Source: Takakia lepidozioides (Eukaryota; Plantae; Bryophyta). Taken from it: DNA of 64,000 nucleotides. The stretch covers positions 2,542,001-2,606,000 of the forward strand of contig CM060734.1 in assembly GCA_030704615.1 (NCBI GenBank), in the 5' to 3' direction. Shown here one piece after another: positions 50,139-62,649 of this stretch. Position numbers and translations under genes: made by a program. Positions within the stretch are counted from its first letter, which is position 1, and every line of letters begins with the position of its first letter. Below the pieces are notes generated by a model. That model was not told where the DNA came from, did no database searches, and saw only the letters and a program-made list of their open reading frames with translations.

Positions 50139-53100
50139 CGTGCTGAGGAACTCCACAATCCTCTCCCACACTGGTGATGGATCGCCCTTGTAATCAGATT
50201 TCTTGGACTCCATCATGGCAAGGAACCCGACGCTGGCCAGCTCCAACCTGGTAGGGCGATGACCCTTGTGGGATGCTCCACTGTATGGTACGGGTCCTTA
50301 GGATCAACCACCCCCTTGTTCTTTCTCCCGGATCCCCTACCATGCGGTGGAGTCTCTTTGGTCTGCTGGACATCCGCCGCAGGGACAGTTTCTGTAACAC
50401 TTCCCTGCCCAACAACCTGCCCTTGCACTCCCTTCCCCCTACCCCTTCTTTTCCCCACACCAACAGCAACATCTTTTCCCTTTGCCTTTCTACCTTTACC
50501 CGGGGTATCCTGAGCGGGAGGCTCCTTTTCTGCAAGTGTCCTCAAATTTCTATCATGAATCTCGAGGTCGGCAGCGGCGGCGGTGGCTGCTACACGCTCA
50601 TTCTCTCTCCTCAAAGACACCTCCTGCGTCGGGGTCTTAGAAACATGGCAATCCAAATACCAACCACAGGCAGAAAGATGGTCTGGGCCCCAGTCCTGCA
50701 AGATCCCCAAAGTAAACATGGTCTGGTTGCCATCAGGAACTAGCCACAGGTCCACGAAATCAGGATGTTTGTCCAAGCAGTTCTCTGCCATGAGAACATA
50801 CTTTATGTACCTGCAGGCACAGAGACAGCCTCATTATGCAATGCAACTATTGTCTCCCAGCTTTTCTACCACATCACGAAGACCCCCTAAAAGAGTATGC
50901 GGCACCGCACACTGCAACCACCGCACCCAAAATAGCCTGAAGGGCCCAGGGTGTGCACGTTGATGTTACTACACATGGATAGAGAAAATGAGTGTGCGGC
51001 ACCGCACACTCATATGAGCCAGCACAAAACAGGTTGGATGGAAGAGAGTGTGTCTTTGCAAATAAAAGAAGCATAGTCTATTTCGCACCTGTAAAGGCAT
51101 CGTTTCCAGGCTTCATCTCCTTTCTCTTGCTAGTCAAGCTCATTTGTTCGACTGATGCCACCCTCCTTGTTGAACTCCCTGAAGAAACAAGATTGTCACA
51201 CTGTGGATCTCCATTTTTGCATGTATGCTTGGAAGGAGACCTTCGGTGCTGTCATGGTGATGCCATAGTCAGCCAGATGCGTATGTAGAACAGACTGGGC
51301 CCTCTCCTCCAACTGCAAAACATTTCGAATGCAAAAATGAACCAGAATTCAATCACATCCATTGTAACATGGAATGAGAACGACAGAAAAACGAAATGAA
51401 AGTGACACAGCAAAGGACATCATACCTAGCTCCATTAAGTGGCCTTGTGAAGCCATGTATCCATCATATTGTCACTGATAGGAATGACACGCTGGGTCTT
51501 CTTCTCTTTCTCCGGCCTGGGGAACATGTGGGTATCCCTAACAGTGGGATCGGAGTTCCATATCTGTAGCCACTTCACCTTCTGTTCTGAAGACACAACA
51601 GCGGTAGACAACCTATGCAACTTCTCCTGGGCCATCTCCGGCTTGCCCGACTTGTTGAAATGGTTTTTCACCTCTTGAAGAAATTGTGGTCCGAAGGATG
51701 GGTCGGCAATTCTCAACTGCTTCACAAAAGCACTCATAATATTCTTTCTTGTGGCGGTCAATCTCTTGCTTGATGTGACTCTCAACCCCCTTTGCTATCC
51801 TTCTCTCTTCAGGGGTAGAGCTGTAGTATTCCAGTTTGCCACGCTGTCGTGCATCTGCAATGTCTTGCTGCAAGAGAATGCACGACAATTACATCAACAG
51901 AAGGGCAATGGAAACAGACAGAAACAAAGATATTGAAGCAGGAATATCGAAAGGAAGGAGGATGGAAGATGTATCTCACCGCGTACATATACTCCATGAA
52001 AGCCTCACGGGTCAACGAGTACCATGTTTCTGATGTCTTGGAGCTTTCGCACTTCTTGTAAGTCTCTGCTGAAAGGATGGTCTTGAAGTTGGTCAAGGGC
52101 ATCTGGCCGATCCTCTGTATCCTGTACAGTGTGTGAACTAGACTCGTTTTGACATGCGATGTCTCCGTCCCTCTGCAAAATGACATGTGAAAGTGAGAAT
52201 GAAATTCAAGAACCACAACAGAGGACTGGAACCAATGAACCACAGAACCACAACTGGAACATGTAGAATGAGAAACCGACATGTTCACATCATTCATTGC
52301 CGTCAAAAGACCCATCATGTTCCCGTCACAATCCAGCACCATCGTTCGAACACAATAATGCCACTCTTCCTCCTGTGAGTGCAGCCTCCCAATAACAGCC
52401 ATCCATGCAAGCAACCGGTGGTTGCCATCCTATACGTGAAACATCTTCCCTGATAATGCTTGGGTCGAAGGTTTCCTGGAGAGGAGAAGTTCGAAGGATT
52501 CATTCACCTGTCTCCAAATGGGATCCCAAGAGTCCACGATTGACTCATCCACAAGGAGCTCTTTGCCTCTGGAATCCCTTGTAGAAACGTAAAAGACTGC
52601 GGATCCATCCAAATACCCATGAACAAACTCGGCCTCCAGCTTCTGGATGTCCTTGATGAGGGGTGGACGAACGACGGGCGGACGAACGACGGGCATGGAA
52701 ACCAACCTACACAGGGGAATCTTCAACCTCCCACCCGGGGCAAGCATGCTTTGCACCACAAGTTGAGAATTCACCTTCTGACCTCCCAGCATCTCCGTGG
52801 CTTTGCTTTCATAGAACTCATCGTCCACATCAAGAATGATCTCCTTCTCCTGCCCTGAAGTGGTGTCATCAGCCACCCTTTGAATCTTCTCCTGCAGGGT
52901 TGTCCATTCAATTTCACATAAGAGAGAGGACAGGAACAAAGTGCGGTGCCGAAGACTGCACAGAGCTCAAACACATACCTTTTCCGTGTTTTCACTATGC
53001 TTCAAATGTGATTCAATGTTTAAAAAAGAATCAAGTTGACTTCCTATTACAACAAAACATGTCGAAGTACAAAGGGCACAAACAGTGTGCTTCCAATTAG

Positions 53101-56079
53101 GGGTGTGTTGAACATGGTACACTGGCCGTGTTTGGCCCATACTGACATGAAAAAACAGGCACAGAGGGGGGCACAGACAGTGTGCATTGCCGCACACTCT
53201 TTGGTGCTTCCAACTACGGGTGTTTTGAAAATGGTACACTGGCCCTGTGTGGCACATTTAGACATCAAACATGGCCCATTTTTAAATCAAAAAACAAGCT
53301 GAGAGGGGTGCACAAACAGTGTGCATTGACGCACACTATTTGGTGCTTCCAACTACGGGTGTTTTCAACTTGGCACACTGGCCCTGGTGGCACACTTAGA
53401 CATAAAAAAACAACTGGAAAGGGGGGCACAAACAGTGTGCGTTGACGCACACTGTTTGGTGCTTCCAACTACGGGTGTTTTGACCTTGGCACACTAGCCC
53501 TGTGTGGCCCATTTAGACATAAAAAAAACAAGCATAAAGGGGGCACAAACAGTGTGCTTTGAAGCACACTGTTTGGTGCTTCCAATTAGGGGTTTTTTGA
53601 CATGGCATACTGGCCCCTCTGTGGCTCATTTGGACATCCCTAAACAGGCTGAGAGAGGGGCACAAACAGTGTGCGTTGACGCACACTATTTGATGCTTCC
53701 AACTATGGGGTTGTTTGACATGGCATTCTCGCCCTGTTTGGCCCATTTACACATCAAAAAATTAGCATAAAGGGGAGCACAAACACTGTTTGGTGCTTCC
53801 AATTAGGGTTTTTTTGACATGGCATACTGGCCTTGTGTGGCCCATTTAGACATCAAAAACCAGGCTGAGATGGGGGCACAAACAGTGTGCGTTGACGCAC
53901 ACTGTTTGGTGCTTCCAACTATGGGGTTTGTTGACATGGCATTCTGGCCCTGTGCTGCCCATTTAGACATCAATAATCAAGCATAAAGGGGAGCACAAAC
54001 AGTGTGCTTTGAAGCACACTGTTTGGTGCTCCCAATTAGGGGGTTTTTGACATGGCATTCTGGCCCTGTGTGGCCCATTTTGAAATCCAATAACAGGCTG
54101 AGAGAGGGGCACAAACAGTGTGCATTGACGCACACTATTTGGTGCTTCCAACTACGGGTGTCTTCATGGCACACTGACCCTGTGTGGCCCATTTAGACAT
54201 AAAAAAACAACTGGAAAGGGGGGCACAAACAGTGTGCATTGACGCACACTGTTTGGTGCTTCCAACTACGGGTGTTTTGACCTTGGCACACTGGCCCTGT
54301 GTGGCCCATTTAGACATCAATTTGCAAGCATAAAGGGAGCACAAACAGTGTGCTTTGAAGCACACTGTTTGGTGCTTCCAATTAGGGGTTTTTCAAAATG
54401 GCATACTGGCCCTGTGTGACCCTTTTTTAAATCAAAAAACAAGCTGAAAGAGGGGCACAAACAGTGTACGTTGACACACACTGTTTGGTGCTTTCATCTT
54501 GGTGTGATTTGAACATGGCACACTGGCCCTGTGTGGCAGTTTTTGAAATCAGAAAAGAACCAAAGTGGGGGGCACAAACAGTGTGCATTGCTGCACACTG
54601 TTTCGTGCTTCCATCTACATGTGTTTTGAACATGGCAGACTCGCCATGTTTGGCCCATTTTGACATTAAAATAAAACAAAGTGGGGGGCACAAACAGTGT
54701 GCGTTGCCACACGGTGTTTTGTGCTTCCATGTGGACCTGTTTTGAACATGGCAGACTGACCATGTTTGGCCCATTTTGACATCAAAATAAAAGCCCTAAA
54801 AAACCCTGGTGTGACACATTTTGACATAGAAAAACAAGCAAATTGGGGGGCACAAACAGTGTGCGTTGCCGCACACTGTTTCATGCTTCCATCTACATCT
54901 GTTTTGAACATGGCAGACTGGCCATGTTTGGCCCATTTTGACATTAAAAAAAAAACAAAGTGGGGTGCACAAACAGTGTGCGTTGCCGCACACTGTTTTG
55001 TGCTTCCATGTAGGTGCGATTTGAACTTGGCAGGCAGCCATGTGCGGCCCATTTTCACATCAAAAAACAAGCAAAAAGGGGGGCACAAACAGTGTGTGTT
55101 GCCGCACATTGTTTTGTGCTTCAAAGAAGGTGTGATTCGAACATGGCAGACAGCCCTGGTGTGACACATTTTGACATAGAAAAACAAGCACTGTGGGGGG
55201 CACAAACAGTTTGCGCTGCCGCACACTATTTTGTGCTTCCATACAGTTGTGATTTGAACACGGCAGACAGCCCTGGTGTGACACATTTTGACATGGAAAA
55301 ACAAGCAAAGTGGGGGGCAGAAATAGTGTGCGTTGCCGCACACTGCAACGCACACTGTTTCGTGCTTGCATCTAGATCAGTTTTGAACATGGCAGATTGG
55401 CCATGTTTGGCCCATTATGACATTAAAAAAAAAACAAAGTGGGGGGCAGAAACAGTGTGCGTTGCCGCACACTGTTTTGTGCTTCATTTTTGGTGTGATT
55501 TGAACTTTGCAGGCAGCCCTGGTGTAACACATTTTGACATAGAAAGAAACCAAGTACAGGGGCACAAACAGTGTGCGGCAACGCACACTGTTTCGTGCAT
55601 CCATCTAAGTTGGTTTGATACACCACATACTGGCCTGGTCTGGTTCATTTCGACATGAAGAACAAGCAAAGCAGGGCTAGGTTTTCTTGATACATGGCAG
55701 ACTGGGCTGGTGACGTGCATTTTGAAATCAAAGAACAACAAGATGACAGGCTGTTAGGACAGACTTGTACCTTTCTTTGTGCTGCGTTGGATGTCTCTCC
55801 AATCGCAGGAGACCCTTTGCGCTTCGGACTGCTGTCTACGCCGAGCATGTTCTGGAGCATCTCCGCCATCCTCTTTTCCACTGTCTGCTTCTTCATGAGG
55901 CCACCATCAACATCCTCTTCGGCGTCCGTCTCTCCCTCGGATGCGGTCTCCTCCTCACCCGTTCTCGGCAGTATGGCGGGCTGTTGTTCCTCTCCAAAAT
56001 CCTGCTCTTGCATCGCCAACCTCTCCACATTGCCCTCATCTTCCTCCTTTCCTTCTTCGTCTACTCTTTCCAACCTCAT
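50139..56079 (-). pseudogene. Exons 1-6 (ParB part) of the outer element's ParB-MTase gene, with nonsense and frameshift lesions
   Basis: GGRLKIPLCRLVSMPVVRPP, FHV*DGNHRLLAWM, TSLVHTLYRIQRIG, WYSLTREAFMEYMYA, RYIKYVLM..CGWYLDC, exon 6 ending PSPVWERIVEFLST|gt at 50139. Intron positions match the inner copy. Confidence 0.9.
53050..55700. repeat. ~116-bp tandem satellite (about 22 units) inside intron 1 of the outer cargo gene
   Basis: Each unit contains AAACAGTGTGCGT-TG-ACGCACACTGTTT or a variant (attgac, tttgaa, gttgcc), e.g. at 53311, 53426, 53544, 53661, 53877, 53994, 54110 through 55563. Confidence 0.95.
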
Positions 56080-56632
56080 TCTATCTCTGGCTCTCTTCCT
56101 CTCCCTAGTGCTGGTAAAGTAGAGCGACTTCCTTCTCTTCTTCCTCCAGTGGAAACAAATGCTCCCCACGCTCCCTCTAGAGCTCTTCAATTTGACGTTT
56201 GCACCAACGGATGCTTTGGCATGTATCCAAAATACAATTTGGACATTATTGACCGTATTTGGATGCGAGAGTCATCATTATGTACGAACGGAATTCATCC
56301 ATTTCTCCGTCTTTCAATTACCCAAAAAATTAAGTGGTGGCACTTCAATTGTCGTTTCTCTACTTGTGGGATATGTCAGTTGTACTTCGCCGGCTGCCAG
56401 TACACGACAGGCTTCTTGCATTCAAAAAAATTGAGAAGCGCCGTAAAAATCCATCGCGAGTCGAATTTTTGAGAGTAATTGGCAATAATTGTGATGCTTC
56501 ACACATGCATCCACGTATGTTGTACTGCTCACTTTGCATCGTGCCTGTTTCTTTGGGGTTGTTGGATTGTCACTTGCAGAACCTCTTCCATTTCCTTTCG
56601 TTCCTCACATTTGCATGCAATGCCTCCTGCAG

Positions 56633-57882
56633 GACATGTCCTTGGAGGACTTGGCCGACATGCCTTCCTGTAATTTGGCGGAGACTGTTCACAACGCCTG
56701 GATGCAGCAGTCTACCAAAGCAGGATGTGACTTGTATGTGGCCACTGCAGATGACATGGTGTGGGCACTTACACAACAAACTAGGTACCGCAATTTTCTG
56801 ATGGGACGGGGCGGAGGCAAGGGCCGTGATACAACTTTGTTGATGCTAAGGGCTGCGAGCAGGTCCGGAGACCCATCGAAGATGGCCAGAGCTCTGAACA
56901 GGTGCACTGAAGGCTCACATTTGCAATCCAGGGTCCTCCATTTGGAAGGCGAGGAAACATTTGGATCATGCAAAAGGAAATTGAACACTCCTCCAGGGTC
57001 GGATGGAGATTCCCATGTCAATTTCTCTGTACCAAAGGTGTTTCTGGTGCAGACTAAGTCGTGTGCCCGCCCCTTCCCAGGTGGGTCCTCTTCTAGTGGA
57101 GCAGGTGCAAATCATGCAAGCACAACAGCAGGAATCCCATTGGAGGAGGTGGTGTCCTTGGGTGCATGAATCTGATTACATTGACAATGAGTGGCATATA
57201 GAACGCACCCCACCAGGATCTAGAGTGGCTTGCATGGCAATTCGGACCCCCTCTTTCAAGAAATGCAAATAAAAAATATGCAAAGGCTCCAGGGGGACTC
57301 CAGCTCCAACATTCACAGGGTTGTTCCGACCTTATCATAGTGGGGAGTCAAAGGACCACAAGTTCTGGTTCTGCCCAGACGATATGGCACGATGTGTCAG
57401 GGAACAGTTTGTCCTTCGGTGATAATGAAGCCCCCTCCGCCTGCAATTTGGCCTATGAAACTTGGGACGTCGCTGTCATCAACCGAGATAAACATGCTGG
57501 AGGAGGGAGGGTTCCGTCTTGCACGGTCCCGGGTGGTGCCCTCATGCACTTTAGGCACAGATGTGCCACATGCTCCGGCAATGCCTCCACCCGATGCCGA
57601 CTCCCACCCAACAAAAATAGATGGAGAAACAGTGCGCCGTGTCACTTTGGGTGCAGATCACGACTGCAAGATGGAATCGGCTAGAATTTTGCAGGCTCGG
57701 ATGACTCGTATCACCGAAGCCCTGCCCCAGGGTATGGACGGATTTACACAGTGTTGTCTACTGGCTCAGTTCTTCATGGCAAAGAATATCAGGTTACCGT
57801 GGGGAATTTCCCTACGTGCACTTGTCCGGATTTTGTAACGATGCGTGAGGGCGCTCTCGGCATGAGAGGGAAGCGGGTCCGC
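56633..57882 (+). pseudogene. Outer element's transposase remnant (exon 2 only; exon 1 deleted; SWIM truncated)
   Basis: Acceptor cag|DMSLEDLADMPSCNLAETVHNAW, HLEGEETFGSCKRKLNTPPGSD, YQVTVGNFPTCTCPDF, cut before CKH. Confidence 0.9.
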
Positions 57883-57884
57883 TT

Positions 57885-59965
57885 ATAGTAGACACTGTTG
57901 ATGTTGTGGCTGTGGACAGAAAGAAGGTGTTGGGGAATGTCAGAGCTTGTGTTCATCCACTTTGGTACGTGGTCTGTTTTTAGATGGGCGGCGTGGGCGC
58001 AGTACTTGCAGCTTGGTTTAATGGCTTTGCCCTTATCATCCGCCGTCTTTTGGCAATCCGTTGGATTGCGTCGTCGTTCTGCCTCCGTGTGATGATCGAA
58101 GGGTAGTGGTGTATGATTACTTTGGTCGATGGGGTGATCTGGAGCGTATATCTTGGAGTTTAACACAAGTAGTGACTCGTTGGCTGTTTCGTATTCGTTC
58201 ACGGTTCTGTAGGGCATTTGTGTTGGCCACGGTTCACCATACAGTATACGGGGTGGTAATGTTGTCCTCCAGATGAATGGTGGTCTAGCCGTCGTGGTGC
58301 CCTGAATTCGTGTTGCCACTTGTCTTAGTACATGCTGATTCACCGTGTCGTGATGAATGTAGTAGGCATTGGTGGTTTCGCACTCCTCATCTTCAGTTTG
58401 ATCTTCCTCGTTGGCGTATAAATCATGTATAAGGGCTTTGTCATGTATTCCCTGGTAGTCTTTTAACTTGTTAATATTAATTCGTCCCACGAATTCTTGT
58501 TCCAAGGTCTGCAAATCAACAGTTCCATTGTCATGTACCTTTTTGATTTGAAATGGTCCCATCCATGGCATTTTCAATTTTCCGCCCAGTTTGATCTTCT
58601 TGATTTTAGGTAACCACAAAACAATGTCCCCGTCCTGGAAAGATTTCTCTTTCCCTTCAGATATTCTTTTCCTTCGTTGTTCCTGAATCCGTGCCATGTT
58701 ATCTACGGCATCTGCTCGAACTTCTTCCAAATGGAATAACTCATATTCCCTGATTCGTAAGGATTCTTCTAAACCCCATCATTCATGAGTTCCGGTTCGT
58801 AGTGTGGGTATCATACAGCCAATGGGTAATAGTGCCTCTGCTCCATACACCAGTTGAAATGGTGTATGCTTTGTGGTCACCTTGTATGATGTCCTGAATG
58901 CCCATAGTGTTGTGTTCAATTTGGTGTCCCAATCTGTACGATTGGCATTTACTATCTTGGTTAAGATAGTGCATATTATTTTGTTGGTAGATTCGGCCTG
59001 GCCGTTTCCTTGGGGATAGTAAGCAGTACTCTTGTGATGTACAATCATGAACTCCTCCGTCAAGCATTTTATGGCATCATTATAAAATGTGATCCTTGAT
59101 CACTGACGAATTCCAGTGGGCAACCAAATCGTGTGATGATGTTTTCATATAAGAATTTGGCTGTCGATCTGGCAGTGTTGTCTCTTAGTGCCTTGGCTTC
59201 TACCCATTTGGTAGTGTAGTCAGTGGCTGTGAGGATGTATTGGTTTTGTGTGTACCTTGCTGGAGGTTTAATGGGTCCCACGAAGTCTAGCCCCCAGCGT
59301 TGAAATGGTTCTGTTGGTAATATTGGGTGTAGAGTCCCCTTCCCCGTTCGTTCTACTGGTCCCATCCTCTGGCAGACATCACACTGTTGACAGTGTTCAT
59401 AAGTATCTCCAAATACAGTAGGCCACCAGTAGCCTGCTAGTAATATTTTCTTTGTTGTCAGGTCCGAACTGAAGTGTCCTCCTGCAATTCCTTCGTGTTG
59501 TTCTTGCATTACTGTTTTGGCTTGGTCTTTGTTTACACATCTTCTCATTATGGAGTCAATTCCTCTTTTGTACAGAATTCCTTTGATTACTGTGTATGGC
59601 TTGCTCATGTTTTCCGTGCTGATGTAATCCTTGGCCCTGTCCATACAAACTATCAGTTGCCCCAATGCTTGTATTGCCTGCAGAATGACATTCTGTGGCG
59701 CTTCCTCCAGCCCTGTGTCCCATGCTGTTGTATCTAGAATTTGTTGTGCTAGTAGTAATTCCAAATTGGAATTTCTGTCTTGCTGCTGCTGATTTGGTGC
59801 GTCTTGCACTATCTGCTATTGCTGTGCCACTATGTCTCCCTCCTCTGTTCCTGGTTGTGTGGCCTCTGTGTGTGTTGTTTGCTGTGCTTCGGTGTTGACA
59901 TGGCTAATTTCCATGGGCGTTGCTTCGTTGGTCTGTGGTTGGTATAGGAAATTCAAGAATAGTGT
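57885..59965 (-). mobile_element. Ty3/Gypsy integrase fragment related to the element at the window start, no LTRs seen
   Basis: [42 protein letters not shown]; frameshift near 59068 and stop near 58779. Confidence 0.92.
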
Positions 59966-60906
59966 TAAGAGCTTCCGCATCGACAACCGTCACTATTATG
60001 TCCAACCGCACTCCTGCAACTTCCAAATCTTTGGCTATTGGGAGCGGGTCCGCCACTCCTGATGTCTGCATCATAGCATAAATAGCTTAAAGCCCCAACT
60101 ACACACAGCTGGTTAAAAACATTTCGCACTCGGCTCTTTTTGAGCGCTTGTATGACTGAAAGTGCACAGAGTTGCATCACACAAGCCTTCAAAATTATAC
60201 AAAATAAAACCAACACAGTTTATAGCTTAAGTTCCAATCAGACAAATGCGTACAAGACAATAAAGTTAACCCTGGAAGTACCTGTATGCAGGTAATATGT
60301 TGTTTATGATGGAGCAGAAATCCGATGAAGTCTACTCATGAAATTATGTCTTACTCGGGGACTTTGTCTGATATGTCTGTTTGCTTTGCGGTGGTATTAG
60401 TGAGGAGCGGCTGCAAAAGCTAGTTGATTGGGTTTCACCCGAAGACCCAATTAATGGCAGTGTGTGAAAGAATATGACCATGCGGCTATAGACCTGTGAA
60501 TATGAGCTTATCAGGCAGGTTCTAAAGGGTCGATGATCACCACCTAGAAGCAAGAAAATATGACGATATGATAATATGACCAACGGCTGTACTGAACCAT
60601 GTTCGTGAGACCTTTGATTCAAAGGTGGTGGTTACAGGGAATGATATCAATCAAGTGGCCAGTTGGTGGTTAGGTGGCCGGAGGCAGGCACGCATATTTA
60701 ACAGAAGCGGAGGGAGCCCAGGCCATGGTTGTCTTGCCTTGGGAGTGTGAAAGATGATTATGTGAAGATCCTCGGCAGATCAGAGCAGTGGGGAGCTCGT
60801 TACCTTGGCAAACTAGTCGTTATATGTTCGAAAGTCGCTTAACAAGCTACATAGTTACGTTGCCAGGTGATCGTTTTTGTTTGCAAGTCTTCATTTGGTG
60901 GCATGC

Positions 60907-61047
60907 TAGCGTAGCTACGGCGTGAGCCCAGCCCCGTGAGCCTGGGAGCTAAGCTCACGTTATAGCTACAAAGCGTGAGCGGCACAAATCTGCTGGAGAA
61001 GCAGGTCCTATAGGCGAGGATTGCAGGAAGAGGGCCTATTACCGTGG
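60907..61047 (+). repeat. TIR-like block of the MULE family
   Basis: ggcgtgagccc..cgtgagcc..gctcacg..cgtgagc..cctattaccgtgg. Confidence 0.7.
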
Positions 61048-61059
61048 ACAAAACAAAGG

Positions 61060-61440
61060 GGGCCACCATGCACCATGTCTACAATGCCTGCACAAAAAGA
61101 GGGTATTGTTCAGGATCAAATCTAGTACGATTCTAGCTCTGACGATGTCGCCATGCACCTCTTTGCCCTTCTGCAGGGCTGTCAGGCTTGCACACGCACT
61201 GCAAACGCACACAAACGTGATGTGGTTGGGCTTCACCCCTTCCCCCATCATTTGCTCATAGGTCTCCAAAGCCTCCATCCCGCGCCCCTGCTGTGCATAT
61301 ACTGCGAGCATCGCACTCCACGACACCACATTTTGTTCAGCCATATTGTCGAACACTCCCTTTGCATCCTCGATGCACCCACATTTGGCATACATGTCCA
61401 CCAGGGCAGTATTCAGGGCAGATTTGAGCTCGGAATGATT
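61060..61440 (-). pseudogene. PLS-type PPR gene fragment
   Basis: ALVDMYAKCGCIEDAKGVFDNMAEQNVVSWSAM..ALETYEQM..GVKPNHITFVCVCSACASLTALQKGKEVH. Confidence 0.88.
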
Positions 61441-62649
61441 GACACACTTTATTTCAATTCACATATAGACGCTTACAATGAATGGCATGTACAATCGCCG
61501 TGGTTCCATGAACAAAATGTATGTGTTTGTTCTAAATGCAAAGTCTTCACACGATAACCTGGAAACCAGCATGGGAAGTGGGCATGGCTCGTAGTGAAGG
61601 TTACTATGAGCATCTGTGCATAGCCTCAATCTCTATGCGCAAAGCGCCTGCTGGTACAAATTGGTTAATTCCTACGGACTGCCCTCTCCCAACCTAAAGG
61701 CTGGTTGCTCTCTGCAACCTTGGTGTCAGACATGGAGCAGATCTGATTGACCCGTAAATCCCCTACCCTGGTCGCTGGGAGTTCTGAGATGCTATGAAGT
61801 GATGTAACCAGTTGACCACAAATCGCATCAAAGAGTATTTGATTCATCGTGTTGGCATCCCATCCTTGCCCTCCACTTCGGCTTGTTCGTCAAGTTCATG
61901 CTTCACAGCTGCTCCAGAACCTCCCGAGCTTTATTGCTGTTCATGAACATTTCAAGTCGGAAGCCCAAGCATCTCGGTTGCCGCTCCTCGTAGATCGCAT
62001 GCAGGCAACAACCTGTTTCTGCACAAGGGAGTCATCTCTGCGACCAACTCCTGACTCGTTACGAGCCAACCACTCTCAAGCATTTTTTTCATTTCATTTT
62101 TTTTTTTTTTTTCTTAAGACTACAGATTAGCTGAAAGCAAGTAATACATACACTGCTAACTCTCAGCTCACCTTGCACTCACCTGACTGCACAACATATT
62201 TATGCTTCCATCTCTTTCATCTCTTTGCTGCCACTAAGCTTCATACAAACACAAGTACTCATAACACGTTGTCTATCTAGCCTAGCATTAAAAAAACTAG
62301 ACATGATCTCTCTCGAGTGACAATGAAAACTAAACACCATCACTCATAAGTTACGAATCAAGCCTAGGGCACCCCAGGCTATGGGGACTCCACCTTTACT
62401 ACAGCAAACTGAAGCACACATGCTGCTGCAAGCAAGCCGTTGTGAGGCTCAACTCGAGAGAGATGAGCCTCACACGACGAGCAAGCGGATAAGTATGTCC
62501 AGGTGCCAAGATAATATTGGCACCTCCTTTTGTCACTTGGCCAGGTCCAATTGCAAACTTATTAACTAGATATTATTTAGTTAGTATCACACTAACATTT
62601 AATTTAACTTGATAAGAGAAATCGGATCCTACAACGAGCCAAGAGATTC

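Noticed and set aside
52967-55741. Many Cys/His-rich ORFs
   Set aside because: Translations of the satellite lying within an intron.
57872-60053. 11-bp direct repeat agcgggtccgc flanking the Gypsy fragment as a TSD
   Set aside because: Removing the insert does not restore the SWIM CKH, there are no LTRs, and the length does not fit a Gypsy TSD; likely chance, though not excluded.
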